Assembly: GCA_032718475.1 (NCBI GenBank)
Contig: JAUCBJ010004461.1
Location: 1-52,749, forward strand
DNA length: 52,749 nt
From: Nemertoderma westbladi
Taxonomy: Eukaryota; Animalia; Xenacoelomorpha
Direction: 5' to 3'
The position numbers were made by a program, and so were the translations under genes. How positions within the stretch are numbered: position 1 is the first letter of the stretch; each line of letters opens with the position of its first letter. Below, piece after piece: positions 13,301-26,330 of the stretch. The notes under the pieces are model-generated. The model was not told the origin of the DNA, ran no database searches, and was given only the letters and a program-made list of their open reading frames with translations.

Positions 13301-16300
13301 ACAAACACAGATCAACACCCCCCTATAAGCACCACGCATTGACAAACACAGATCAACACCCCCCTATAAGCACCACGCATTGACAAACACAGATCAACAC
13401 CCCCCTATAAGCACCACGCATTGACAAACACAGATCAACACCACCATATCAGCATTCGCGCATTGACAAACACAGATCAACACCCCCCTATAAGCACCAC
13501 GCATTGACAAACACAGATCAACACCCCCCTATAAGCACCACGCATTGACAAACACAGATCAACACCACCATATCAGCATTCGCGCATTGACAAACACAGA
13601 TCAACACCCCCCTATAAGCACCACGCATTGACAAACACAGATCAACACCACCATATCAGCATTCGCGCATTGACAAACACAGATCAACACCCCCCTATAA
13701 GCACCACGCATTGACAAACACAGATCAACACCACCATATAAGCACACACGCATTGACAAACACAGATCAACACCCCCCTATAAGCACACACGCATTGACA
13801 AACACAGATGAACACCACCATATAAGCACACACGCATTGACAAACTCAGATCAACACCCCCCTATAAGCACACACGCATTGACAAACACAGATCAACACC
13901 ACCATATCAGCATTCGCGCATTGACAAACACAGATCAACACCACCATATAAGCACACACGCATTGACAAACACAGATCAACACCCCCCTATAAGCACACA
14001 CGCATTGACAAACACAGATGAACACCACCATATAAGCACACACGCATTGACAAACACAGATCAACACCCCCCTATAAGCACCACGCATTGACAAACACAG
14101 ATCAACACCACCATATAAGCACACACGCATTGACAAACACAGATCAACACCCCCCTATAAGCACACACGCATTGACAAACACAGATCAACACCACCATAT
14201 CAGCATTCGCGCATTGACAAACACAGATCAACACCCCCCTATAAGCACCACGCATTGACAAACACAGATCAACACCACCATATAAGCACACACGCATTGA
14301 CAAACACAGATCAACACCCCCCTATAAGCACACACGCATTGACAAACACAGATGAACACCACCATATAAGCACCACGCATTGACAAACACAGATCAACAC
14401 CACCATATAAGCACCACGCATTGACAAACACAGATTAACACCACCATATAAGCACCACGCATTGACAAACACAGATCAACACCACCATATCAGCATTCGC
14501 GCATTGACAAACACAGATCAACACCCCATATAAGCACCACACCTTGACAAACACAGATCAACACCCCCCTATAAGCACCACGCATTGACAAACACAGATC
14601 AACACCCCATATAAGCACACTAGCATTTACAAACACAGATGAACACCACCATATAAGCACCACTCATTGACAAAAACAGATCAACACTACCGTATCAAAA
14701 TTCGCGCATTGACAAACACATATCAACACACCACCATATAAGCACCACGCATTGACAAACACAGATCAGCACCCACCTTTAAGCACACACGGATTGACAA
14801 ACACAGATCAACACCCCATATAAGCACCACGCATTGACAAACACAGATCAGCACCCCCCTATAAGCACCACGCATTGACAATCACAGATCAGCACCCCCC
14901 CCCCTATAAGCACACACGCATTGACAAACACATATCAACACCCCATATAAGCACCACGCATTGACAACACAGATCAGCACCCCCCTATAAGCACCACGCA
15001 TTGACAAACACAGATCAACACCACCATATCAGCATTCGCGCATTGACAAACACAGATCAACACCCCATATAAGCACCACGCATTGACAAACACAGACCAA
15101 CACCCCATATAAGCACCACGCATTGACAAACACAGATCAACACCACCATATCAGCATTCGCGCATTGACAAACACAGATCAACACCCCATATAAGCACCA
15201 CGCATTGACAAACACAGATCAGCACCCCCCCCCCCCCCCCCTATAAGCACACACGCATTGACAAACACAGATCAGCACCCCCTATAAGCACACACGCATT
15301 GACAAACACATATCAACACCCCATATAAGCACCACGCATTGACAAACACAGATCAGCACCCCCCTATAAGCACGACGCATTGACAAACACAGATAAACAC
15401 CACCATATAAGCATTCGCGCATTGACAAACTCAGATCAACACCCCATATAAGCACCACGCATTGACAAATACAAACCAACACCCCATATAAGCACCACGC
15501 ATTGACAAACACAGATCAACACCACCATATCAGCATTCGCGCATTGACAAACACAGATCAACACCCCCCTATAAGCACCACGCATTGACAAACACAGATC
15601 AACACCACCATATAAGCACACACGCATTGACAAACACAGATCAACACCCCCCTATAAGCACCACGCATTGACAAACACAGATCAACACCACCATATCAGC
15701 ATTCGCGCATTGACAAACACAGATCAACACCCCATATAAGCACCACACCTTGACAAACACAGATCAACACCCCCCTATAAGCACCACGCATTGACAAACA
15801 CAGATCAACACCCCATATAAGCACACTCGCATTTACAAACACAGATGAACACCACCATATAAGCACCACTCATTGACAAAAACAGATCAACACTACCATA
15901 TCAAAATTCGCGCATTGACAAACACATATCAACACACCACCATATAAGCACCACGCATTGACAAACACAGATCAGCACCCGCCTTTAAGCACATACGGAT
16001 TGACAAACACAGATCAACACTCCATATAAGCACCACGCATTGACAAACACAGATCAGCACCCCCCTATAAGCACCACGCATTGACAAACACAGATCAGCA
16101 CCCCCCTATAAGCACACACGCATTGACAAACACATATCAACACCCCATATAAGCACCACGCATTGACAAACACAGATCAGCACCCCCTTATAAGCACCGC
16201 TCATTGACAAACACAGATCAGCACCCCCCTATAAGCACCACGCATTGACAAACACAGATCAACACCCCATATAAGCACACACGCATTGACAAACACAGAT

Positions 16301-19300
16301 CAACACCCCATATAAGCATACACGCATTGACAAACACAGATCAGTACCCCCCTATAAGCACCACGCATTGACAAACACAGATCAACACCCCCCTATAAGC
16401 ACCACGCATTGACAAACACAGATCAACACCACCATATCAGCATTCGCGCATTGACAAACACAGATCAGCACCCCCATATATGCACACACGCATTGTCAAA
16501 CACAGCTCAACACCCCATATAAGCACCACGCATTGACAAACACAGATCAACACCCCATATAAGCACCACGCATTGACAAACACAGATCAACACCACCATA
16601 TCAGCATTCGCGCATTGACAAACACAGATCAACATCCCATATAAGCACCACGCATTGACAAACACAGATCAGCACACCCCTATAAGCACACACGCATTGA
16701 CAAACACAGATCAGCACCCCCTCTAAGCACACACGCATTGACAAACACATATCAACACCCCATATAAGCACCACGCATTGACAAACACAGATCAGCACCC
16801 CCCTATAAGCACCACGCATTGACAAACACAGATCAACACCACCATATCAGCATTCGCGCATTGACAAACACAGATCAACACCCCATATAAGCACCACGCA
16901 TTGACAAACACAGATCAACACCCCATATAAGCACCACGCATTGACAAACACAGATCAACACCACCATATCAGCATTCGCGCATTGACAAACACAGATCAA
17001 TACCCCATATAAGCACCACGCATTGACAAACACAGATCAGCACCCCCCTATAAGCACCACGCATTGACAAACACAGATCAACACCACCATATCAGCATTC
17101 GCGCATTGACAATCACAGATCAACACCCCATATATGCATACACGCATTGACAAACACAGATCAGCACCCCCCTATAAGCACACACGCATTGACAAACACA
17201 GATCAGCACCCCCCTATAAGCACACACGCATTGACAAACACATATCAACACACCCCATATAAGCACCACGCATTGACAAACACAGATCAACACCCCATAT
17301 AAGCACCACGCATTGACAAACACAGATCAACACCACCATATCAGCATTCGCGCATTGACAAACACAGATCAACACCCCATATAAGCACCACGCATTGACA
17401 AACACAGATCAGCACCCCCTATAAGCACCACGCATTGACAAACACAGATCAACACCACCATATCAGCATTCGCGCATTGACAAACACAGATTAACACCCC
17501 ATATAAGCATACACGCATTGACAAACACAGATCAGCACCCCCCTATAAGCACACACGCATTGACAAACACAGATCAGCACCCCCCTATAAGCACCACGCA
17601 TTGACAAACACAGATCAACACCACCATATCAGCATTCGCGCATTGACAAACACAGATCAACACCCCATATAAGCATACACGCATTGACAAACACAGATCA
17701 GCACCCACCTATAAGCACACACGCATTGACAAACACAGATCAGCACCCCCCTATAAGCACACACGCATTGACAAACACATATCAACACATCCCATATAAG
17801 CACTCACGCATTGACAAACACAGATCAGCACCCCCCTATAAGCACACACGCATTGACAAACACATATCAACACACCCCATATAAGCACCACGCATTGACA
17901 AACACAGATCAACACCCCATATAAGCACACACGCATTGACAAACACAGATCAACACCACCATATCAGCATTCGCGCATTGACAAACACAGATTAACACCC
18001 CATATAAGCATACACGCATTGACAAACACAGATCAGCACCCCCCTATAAGCACACACGCATTGACAAACACAGATCAGCACCCCCCTATAAGCACCACGC
18101 ATTGACAAACACAGATCAACACATCCCATATAAGCACTCACGCATTGACAAACACAGATCAGCACCCCCCTATAAGCACACACGCATTGACAAACACATA
18201 TCAACACACCCCATATAAGCACCACGCATTGACAAACACAGATCAACACCCCATATAAGCACCACGCATTGACAAACACAGATCAACACCACCATATCAG
18301 CATTCGCGCATTGACAAACACAGATCAATACCCCATATAAGCACCACGCATTGACAAACACAGATCAGCACCCCCCTATAAGCACCACGCATTGACAAAC
18401 ACAGATCAACACCACCATATCAGCATTCGCGCATTGACAATCACAGATCAACACCCCATATATGCATACACGCATTGACAAACACAGATCAGCACCCCCC
18501 TATAAGCACACACGCATTGACAAACACAGATCAGCACCCCCCTATAAGCACACACGCATTGACAAACACATATCAACACACCCCATATAAGCACCACGCA
18601 TTGACAAACACAGATCAACACCCCATATAAGCACCACGCATTGACAAACACAGATCAACACCACCATATCAGCATTCGCGCATTGACAAACACAGATCAA
18701 CACCCCATATAAGCACCACGCATTGACAAACACAGATCAGCACCCCCTATAAGCACCACGCATTGACAAACACAGATCAACACCACCATATCAGCATTCG
18801 CGCATTGACAAACACAGATTAACACCCCATATAAGCATACACGCATTGACAAACACAGATCAGCACCCCCCTATAAGCACACACGCATTGACAAACACAG
18901 ATCAGCACCCCCCTATAAGCACCACGCATTGACAAACACAGATCAACACCACCATATCAGCATTCGCGCATTGACAAACACAGATCAACACCCCATATAA
19001 GCATACACGCATTGACAAACACAGATCAGCACCCACCTATAAGCACACACGCATTGACAAACACAGATCAGCACCCCCCTATAAGCACACACGCATTGAC
19101 AAACACATATCAACACATCCCATATAAGCACTCACGTATTGACAAACACAGATCAGCACCCCCCTATAAGCACACACGCATTGACAAACACATATCAACA
19201 CACCCCATATAAGCACCACGCATTGACAAACACAGATCAACACCCCATATAAGCACACACGCATTGACAAACACAGATCAACACCACCATATCAGCATTC

Positions 19301-19646
19301 GCGCATTGACAAACACAGATTAACACCCCATATAAGCATACACGCATTGACAAACACAGATCAGCACCCCCCTATAAGCACACACGCATTGACAAACACA
19401 GATCAGCACCCCCCTATAAGCACCACGCATTTAACAAACACAGATCAACACATCCCATATAAGCACTCACGCATTGACAAACACAGATCAGCACCCCCCT
19501 ATAAGCACACACGCATTGACAAACACATATCAACACACCCCATATAAGCACCACGCATTGACAAACACAGATCAACACCCCATATAAGCACACACGCATT
19601 GACAAACACAGATCAACACCACCATATAAGCACCACGCATTGACAA
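10321..19646. repeat. ~9.3-kb array of a 39-42-bp C/A-rich satellite with higher-order repeats
   Basis: Near-invariant core GCATTGACAAACACAGATCA plus a few recurrent variable halves (acaccccatataagcaccac, gcacccccctataagcacacac, acaccaccatatcagcattcgc). Confidence 0.97.
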
Positions 19647-19685
19647 CCAGTTAGAATAATAACTATTAGCAAAGATAATACTTAC

Positions 19686-19767
19686 TAATACCAGGTGTGG
19701 TGTCCGACCAGGAGGAACCACAGAGTGCGTGGAGAGGTAGGGTAGCTAGTAAGATTAGCCACAACAT
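19686..19767 (-). CDS. Exon 1 (signal peptide) of the secreted CUB-domain protein gene
   Basis: ATG at 19767; MLWLILLATLPLHALCGSSWSDTTPGI followed by A|gtaagt. The phase-1 donor joins exon 2 in frame (A+CT = Thr). Intervening small exons cannot be excluded. Confidence 0.82.
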
Positions 19768-19848
19768 CGTCGTTGGTTTGTTGTTGGAGTTTCTTGATAC
19801 GTTTTTTAAAATAAATTTTTTAACTTTTTTCTGCATTTCAAACGCGTC

Positions 19849-19856
19849 TATTTATA
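19849..19856 (-). promoter_or_regulatory. TATA box (TATAAATA) of the CUB gene
   Basis: Consensus TATA box about 85 nt upstream of the ATG on the same strand. Confidence 0.6.
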
Positions 19857-20227
19857 GTATTTGTACAAAGGATTGCTTCGTAATTAATAATCGTAAGGCT
19901 TGCATTTCAGTATGCAGCAACGTGGGTAATTTGAGTTAATGATAGCAGTAAGTGCGATAGTATGTACAGTGGAGCGAAGTCTGTCTCTATGTAATTGCAC
20001 TAAGTGGCAAACCATTAGTTACATTAGAGAACAATGGTAGCATTACCATTAGTATAAATGGTCCCACGCTAATAATATAACAATGGTCCTAATAGATTTA
20101 AGCGTTATAGGCAGCAGTCCGTTTTAATAGGTCTGTAATCGACATGATTACGCGATACAATAGTGTTACTGGCTTGTCGCTTGCTCACCACGTAAAAATG
20201 TTGCGCAATAAGTAAACGGCGCAGCTG

Positions 20228-21542
20228 TGCATATATGCCGGCACGCATACATGAACGCATATATGCACGCTTACATGAACACTACATATGTACGCATACA
20301 TGTACGCATATATGCACGCATACATGAGCTCATATATGCACGCATACATGAACGCATATATGCACGCATACATGAACGCATATATGCACGTATACATGAA
20401 CACCCCATATGCACGCATACATGAACGCATATATGCACGTTTACATGAACACCACATATGCACGCATACATGAACGCATATATGCACTCATTCACGAACG
20501 CATATATGCACGCATAAGTGAACGCATATATGCACGTATACATGAACACCCCATATGCACGCATACATGAACGCATATATGCACGTATACATGAACACCC
20601 CATATGCACGCATACATGAACGCATATATGCACGTATACATGAACACCACATATGCACGCATACATGAACGCATATATGCACTCATACACGAACGCATAT
20701 GCACGCATACGTGAACGCATATATGCACGCATACATGAACGCATATATGCACGCATACATGAACGCATATATGCATGCACGCATACATGAACGCATATAT
20801 GCACGTATACAAGAACACCACATATGCATGCATACATGAACGCATATATGCACGCATACATGAACGCATATATGCACGCATACATGAACGCATATACGCA
20901 CACATACATGAACGCATATATGCACGCATACATGAATGCATATACGCACGCATACATGAACGCATATATGCACGCGTACACAAACGCATATATGTACGCA
21001 TACACGAACGCATATATGCACGTATACATGAACACCACATACGCACGCATACATGAACGCATATATGCACGCATACACGAACGCATATATGCACGCATAC
21101 ATGAACGCATATATGTACCCATACACGAACGCATATATGCACGTATACATGACCACCACATATGCACGCATACATGAACGCATATATGCACGCATACATG
21201 AATGCATATACGCACGCATAAATGAACGCATATATGCACGCATACATGAACGCATATATGCACGCATACATGAACGCATATGTGCACGCATACATGAACG
21301 CATATTTGCAAGCATACACAAACGCATATATGCACGCATACATGAACACCACATATGCGCGCATACATGAACGCATATATGCACGCATACATGAACGCAT
21401 ATATGCAGGCATACACGAATGCATATATGCACGCATACATGAACACTACATATGCACGCATGCATGAGCATCACATATGCACGCATACATGAACGCATAT
21501 ATGCACGCATACATGAAGGCATATATGAACGCATACATGAAC
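20228..21542. repeat. 24-bp minisatellite (ATGAACGCATATATGCACGCATAC)n, block 1
   Basis: Tandem 24-mer, almost entirely alternating purine/pyrimidine, with internal palindrome GCATATATGC. Confidence 0.95.
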
Positions 21543-21759
21543 TGGTATGTCTGCACTATCGGAATATCCCCAATAATATGAATATCAATAGTATATAAGG
21601 CAGACACGTATAATATAAAAGTGTAGTACAGCAGTACAGTGTAATATCAGTACAGCATAGCAATAGGGAAAACCCTCCACCTATCTAGTGGTACCGGTAT
21701 CTTAGGTACATAGTCCTATAAGGGGCGAGCCATGTATATTGTACATATCAGTACATATA

Positions 21760-22225
21760 ATGAACGCATATATGCACGCATACATGAACGCATATATGCA
21801 CGCATACATGAACGCATATATGCACGCATACATGAATGCAGATATGCACGCATACATGAATGCATATATGCACGCATACATGAACGCATATATGCACGCA
21901 TACATGAACGCATATATGCAGGCATACACGAACGCATATATGCACGCATACATGAACGCATATATGCACGCTTACATGAACGCATATATGCACGCATACA
22001 TGAACGCATATATGCAGGCATACACGAACGCATATATGCACGCATACATGATCACTACATATGCACGCATGCATGTACACCACATATGCACGCATGCATG
22101 AACGCATATATGCACGCATACATGAATGCATATATGCACGCATACATGAACGCATATATGCACGCATACATGAATGCATATATGCACGCATACATGAACA
22201 CATATATGCACACATATATGCAAGC
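21760..22225. repeat. 24-bp minisatellite, block 2
   Basis: Same unit, separated from block 1 by a ~220-bp unique spacer. Confidence 0.95.
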
Positions 22226-22239
22226 ACTATATGCTTGAG

Positions 22240-22400
22240 GTGTAAGGATTGTGTTCTGTGACAAAACTACGGCATTTTAAAGAGTTTGGCATATACTGAT
22301 TGCTAAGAATCTTAGAATAAGTGGCACATTTCTAAAATGGTTTGAAAGCTATTTTTGTCAGCTACCAGAGTGACTAAATTGATCAGGTTTCTGTGTTGCT
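22240..22400 (+). mobile_element. Short CR1/L2-like RT fragment
   Basis: Translates as RIVFCDKTTAF*RVWH...ISGTFLKWFESYF, similar to the F.D..KAFD.V.H...G.LL.W..SYL motif. Confidence 0.55.
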
Positions 22401-22414
22401 GATCGGATAGGGTT

Positions 22415-22463
22415 ATAAGAATTAAGTTTTATTTACTATTTTAATATAATAAAATAAATATAT
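22415..22463 (-). repeat. Inverted copy of the Penelope 3' terminal (pLTR) sequence
   Basis: 49-bp reverse complement of 41996-42044 with one mismatch. Confidence 0.85.
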
Positions 22464-22870
22464 CATCCAACTAGGGTTACTTAAAATATAAGTAGCTACT
22501 ATTAAAAATAACATACAAAAAGCACAATGAGTATCGGGGGGGGGGGGGGGGGGAGGGTTAGGGACCGTGAACCATCTCGTAGAGTCCCTCGTTATTGCTG
22601 AGTGAGGGGTCCACAGTCCCTATGATGGAGGCCGCGTTGCCGACTAGGATGGCGATGGCCAGCCTCTGCAGGAGGAAGCGGTGAGATCGGGGCTCTTGGA
22701 TGACAGAGTGGAGTCTGGCCCCGATCTCCTTCAGGAACTCGGATGTTTCAGGGCCGGGGCGGCCCAAGGTCTCGTAGGCTACCGGGTGGAAGAGGTAGCC
22801 CCGGTCCATGAGTTCCTGATACTTGCGGATCTTTAGAGATTCCGCTTCCTCCGCAGTACGGCCTCCCGCG
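22464..22870 (-). mobile_element. 5'-truncated CRE-clade (restriction-like endonuclease) non-LTR retrotransposon
   Basis: AEEAESLKIRKYQEL...FHPVAYETLGRPG...FLLQRLAIAILVGNAASIIGT is the typical CRE C-terminal REL signature; GC-rich relative to its flanks. Confidence 0.8.
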
Positions 22871-22874
22871 GATA

Positions 22875-23070
22875 ATCTCCCCGAGTCATTTATAATTCCT
22901 TACGAAAGTGTAATAAGTCCCTTGATAGCCTTAAGGTAACCAGTGAAGACATACCAACAAAGCCACAACGCCCTGAATTCAATATAGGACTGCCTTATGT
23001 AAAGGGACTAACAGAACCTCTAGAACGAATGTGTAAGTAATATGATGTCGGCACATATACGGTTAGGGGT
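22875..23070 (+). mobile_element. Penelope-like element, RT-endonuclease linker (left part, split by LTR insertion)
   Basis: IGLPYVKGLTEPLERMCK*YDV matches the Penelope LPY..G.SE.I.R linker and continues after 41466 as GRTLRSYL. Confidence 0.8.
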
Positions 23071-24261
23071 TGTTCGCGCTTTCAGACCTTTAGCAGTTTA
23101 ACCTGCCAAATTTAGATGTCTTCTAGATTATAAATCGACTTTAACCTATGACGAGTATTTGATACACTACATTAGCCGAAGCCAGTCTATGCGCGACCAT
23201 TCACCCGCTGGATATACCCGGGAGACTGGATTCGGAAGCTTTGACCTTATTGCGGTGTAGACCTACTGTATTATTCGACTGATTGTTAATATATAATCTC
23301 TGACCAATATTATTCACTTTCGGGAAATATTAACAGTTCCTTTAGGACGTGGCGCTCTAAATATGTAAACAGAGTTATGACTTATACTAGACACAACAGG
23401 ATGGCTATGGATTCACGTATAAAGCGCATTCTTTAGGAGATGCTTCGTTACCTGTCACAGTCATGCACACTACCGCACAATGCTGCACACCGATCTGCCG
23501 ACCTTCACTAATTTTAGTCACATATAAAGAGAACAGCAACAAACACATGTAGTGCCTATGAAATAGCATTAGAATCACTCCAAAACCAATGTAATGTAAG
23601 TCGCAATTGTTATATGTAACCGGTCTCTCTTACCTTCAGTATATCAAGAAGATTGAGGGTTTTATAATAATTTATCGATATTATCCAATATAATAATATT
23701 CCATCAACTGATATAATTAATAACCGACAGTCAATAGCAGTAAAAATGCGGTGCGTAGTTGACAATATGATTTGACACACTGACTGGCCTTGTGTCGTGT
23801 GGCGATATGATGTGGTAACAGTTATACGTTTCTATGACTAAAGCCTACTAATGTTTGGATAAAGTCTGAAACCACAGAAATTCTGAAAGCCGGTCTTCTG
23901 GCATCAGGAAAAAAGGTCAACATAAACAGTAATGCATTGCGCGATTTCCCGGAGGTTTCTGTACAAATAACAGGAGAATCGCTGTGATTGGTTGTCCGAA
24001 CAAAGAGACAAAGGAAAAGCTCCACCTGTACAGATCAGCTGTTAGCCGTCGTCATAGTAACTACACTGTGTCAAGAGGATTTTAGCGTATTGCGACATAA
24101 AATTGCTAGTTATGTCCGCTAAAGTACACATACAGCAGAAATGGCTTTTTATGTCCATTAAAACACCGGTACAGTAAGGAAACGGCTTTTTATGTCCGTT
24201 AAACCAACTACAGAGTACTTTGCGGGAAAAATAACCAGCTAATTCCGCAAAAGCTTTTACA
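23071..24261 (-). repeat. 3' LTR
   Basis: TGTTCGCGC...CTTTTACA; about 12 differences from 40276-41465 by eye; ~42-bp internal tandem repeat at about 24143-24210. Confidence 0.95.
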
Positions 24262-24269
24262 CCGCTCCC
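24262..24269 (-). other. Polypurine tract (GGGAGCGG|TGT)
   Basis: Purine-rich tract abutting the 3' LTR; identical in the second copy at 51682-51689. Confidence 0.75.
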
Positions 24270-24339
24270 ATAAAATGGGATTTAATTCTATAAAATATAA
24301 AAAATCACAGTTTCTAAAATATAAAAATACTCTAAACAG

Positions 24340-26330
24340 TTAGTCTTTCTTACGCGGACGGCGTTTACGCAGTTTTTTGAGGCTAGTAAGAGTCCTTTTC
24401 TCTTTGGGGCGAGCCACTTTACTAGGAGGGCTATAACTCCTGGGCGAAGGGTGCAATACAATTGCATCAGAAGGTTTAGGATTACGATCGGTGTATCCGC
24501 CGGTCGAGGTACCTGGTTGATCGATATCAACTTCAGTGGAGCGAGGTCTAACGGCCTTTAGGGCGCGTCTTAGGACAGCAGCTCCTACTGGTCCATGACG
24601 AGTCGTCTAGACAATAGCGGTAGGTGGACCGTGAGTGGTGAGAAACTTCCTCGGTTTAATGGTTCTTTCCAGCTCGCGTTCTCTGGCTCGATATTCGTAG
24701 GGCCGTCAAGATACTTCCTGAAACTCAGGGTGAGAGTTGATAAATAAATCGCCATACTCAGGGTCTTGACGGATGAAATTGATCAAATGGTATGAATTAA
24801 TATCGTTAGGATTGACGTTCCTGAGATATTTTCGAACAAATTTGGTGGAAATATACTCACCAACACGCTTCATTAGTTCGTAACTCGGTGTGCGTGTTTT
24901 TTGTTCAACAGACGCGAATAGATAAGGATGGAACGCGTGAACTCCCTCGTAGGCGCGTCCAGGGTAATAGCGATGGCGTGACTCACAATGTAAATCCGCG
25001 TTCACTTCCCAAGCTCGGATGTAGCGCAGGGTAATCATCTCATCTACGCTTTCCAAATCCCGGTTAAAAGGGCAATTAAAACTGGCATGTCCTTTAAGTT
25101 GACAGTGGTGGCATTGAGTCATAAATTGGGGGCAGACTGCAAAAATGTGCGAGTTATTAAGTCTGCAATACGCACAATAGATCTCCATCATCGGTTGTTC
25201 ATGGAAATAGGAGCAGGGTACGTCTGAGTCCATAGGGGTGAAATGATCTCTCGATGAGCATAATCGGCAACGTTTTCGAGAAACATAGTTGGCATGCCGA
25301 TAATCGTATGCGGTGAGACATTGTGGACCTTGATACCATTCCAATACGTAGTCGTTATCGCTGCTCCGGGGCGCTGTAGGCTGAATCTCCTCAGATTCTA
25401 AGCATGTTGGTTCGTCTTCCAATTGCATAGATGAGATAGGTGCGGCTGTCTCCGCAAGCGAACCCACTGTCTGAACTTCCACGACAGAATAACCCGTGGG
25501 TATTCGAGGTCTTTGTATAACAGATGAATGCAAGTTCTGTATACAAACGTCCTTGAAAAGGGCAAATCCCGCGCTGTCTAACTTCTCTGCAGCTGAGTCT
25601 CTTAGGCTGAGTTTGGTCAGAGCGCGGTCCTTGAACTGACTATCAACATTACGGAACGGAGTCAGAAAGCGCCTGAAACATTCGAAGCGGATGAATTTAT
25701 TGAGTTCATCTAGCTTGGCGAGTTTGGTTCCAAGTATTAAGGGATGGGCGCGTATGGTACGACTGCACACATCGGCTAGCCAACCGGCAAGTGCGGCGTT
25801 TTCAAAGATCGTGTATATAGCTAAGGAGGGACGAAGTGGAACACTCATAAAGCTATACACGGCGCCAGGTGCGGTCAATGGTCCGTCAAAATATAATCGA
25901 GAATAATGATCTCCATATACTTGTTGGTAATTGATAGGATTGCCAACCTTGAAATTCCATCCGTATTCTTGAAAGGCAAGATGTCCGATGGAGGTTCGTT
26001 GTACTTTAGTAATGCCGCTAGGTGTATTTGCATACATAGTGCGGAAGAAACCTCGGCCTTCTGCCCAGGGAGCAATCAGCTGAGTATCGATGAAAGGGTA
26101 TGGAATGTTCTCCATGTTCCCGTTGTATGCCTAACATGTTTTCCGACAGTGATGGTAGAGCAGAGGAAAAACTATTTCGCATTCTGAAATATTCAGAAAT
26201 ACGATCTCAGTAGGAGGATTCAAACGTTCGAAGACTATCTCCAAATGAATTTATCCCCAGTGATTAGGGGGGTGAACAACCAGATTTATGACACATAATG
26301 GTACCAGTTGTTCACAAACTATCCGCGTGC
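24340..26330 (-). pseudogene. Accessory ORF of the LTR element: triple CCHC Zn-knuckle protein with basic C-terminus (core ORF 24706-26115, extended through premature stops)
   Basis: Knuckles CX2CX4HX9C, CX2CX5HX4C, CX2CX4HX4C. The stop at 24706 (TGA) and a downstream TAG are CGA and CAG in copy 2. Read-through ends KKLRKRRPRKKD* at 24340. The upstream limit is uncertain. Confidence 0.75.

Noticed and set aside
10321-19646. CRISPR-like array (constant ~20-bp core with variable intervening sequence)
   Set aside because: The variable parts are a few recurrent related variants, not unique spacers; there are no cas genes; the context is a eukaryotic intron.
8555-22264. Numerous long ORFs in the tandem arrays (e.g. 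546 aa at 8555-10195, 396 aa at 20271-21461)
   Set aside because: Artefacts of stop-poor repeats (21- and 24-bp units are multiples of 3), open in several frames on both strands.
23822-24025. 67-aa ORF repeated at 41027-41230
   Set aside because: Lies in the LTRs, has a non-ATG start, and is not preserved in the diverged LTR at 50493-51681.
24288-24530. 80-aa ORF conserved at 51708-51950
   Set aside because: Wrong frame: substitutions between copies are mostly synonymous in the overlapping frame, which is the true C-terminus of the Zn-knuckle ORF.
24706-26115. env gene
   Set aside because: No signal peptide, TM anchor or fusion-protein cysteine pattern seen; has Zn-knuckles and a basic tail instead.
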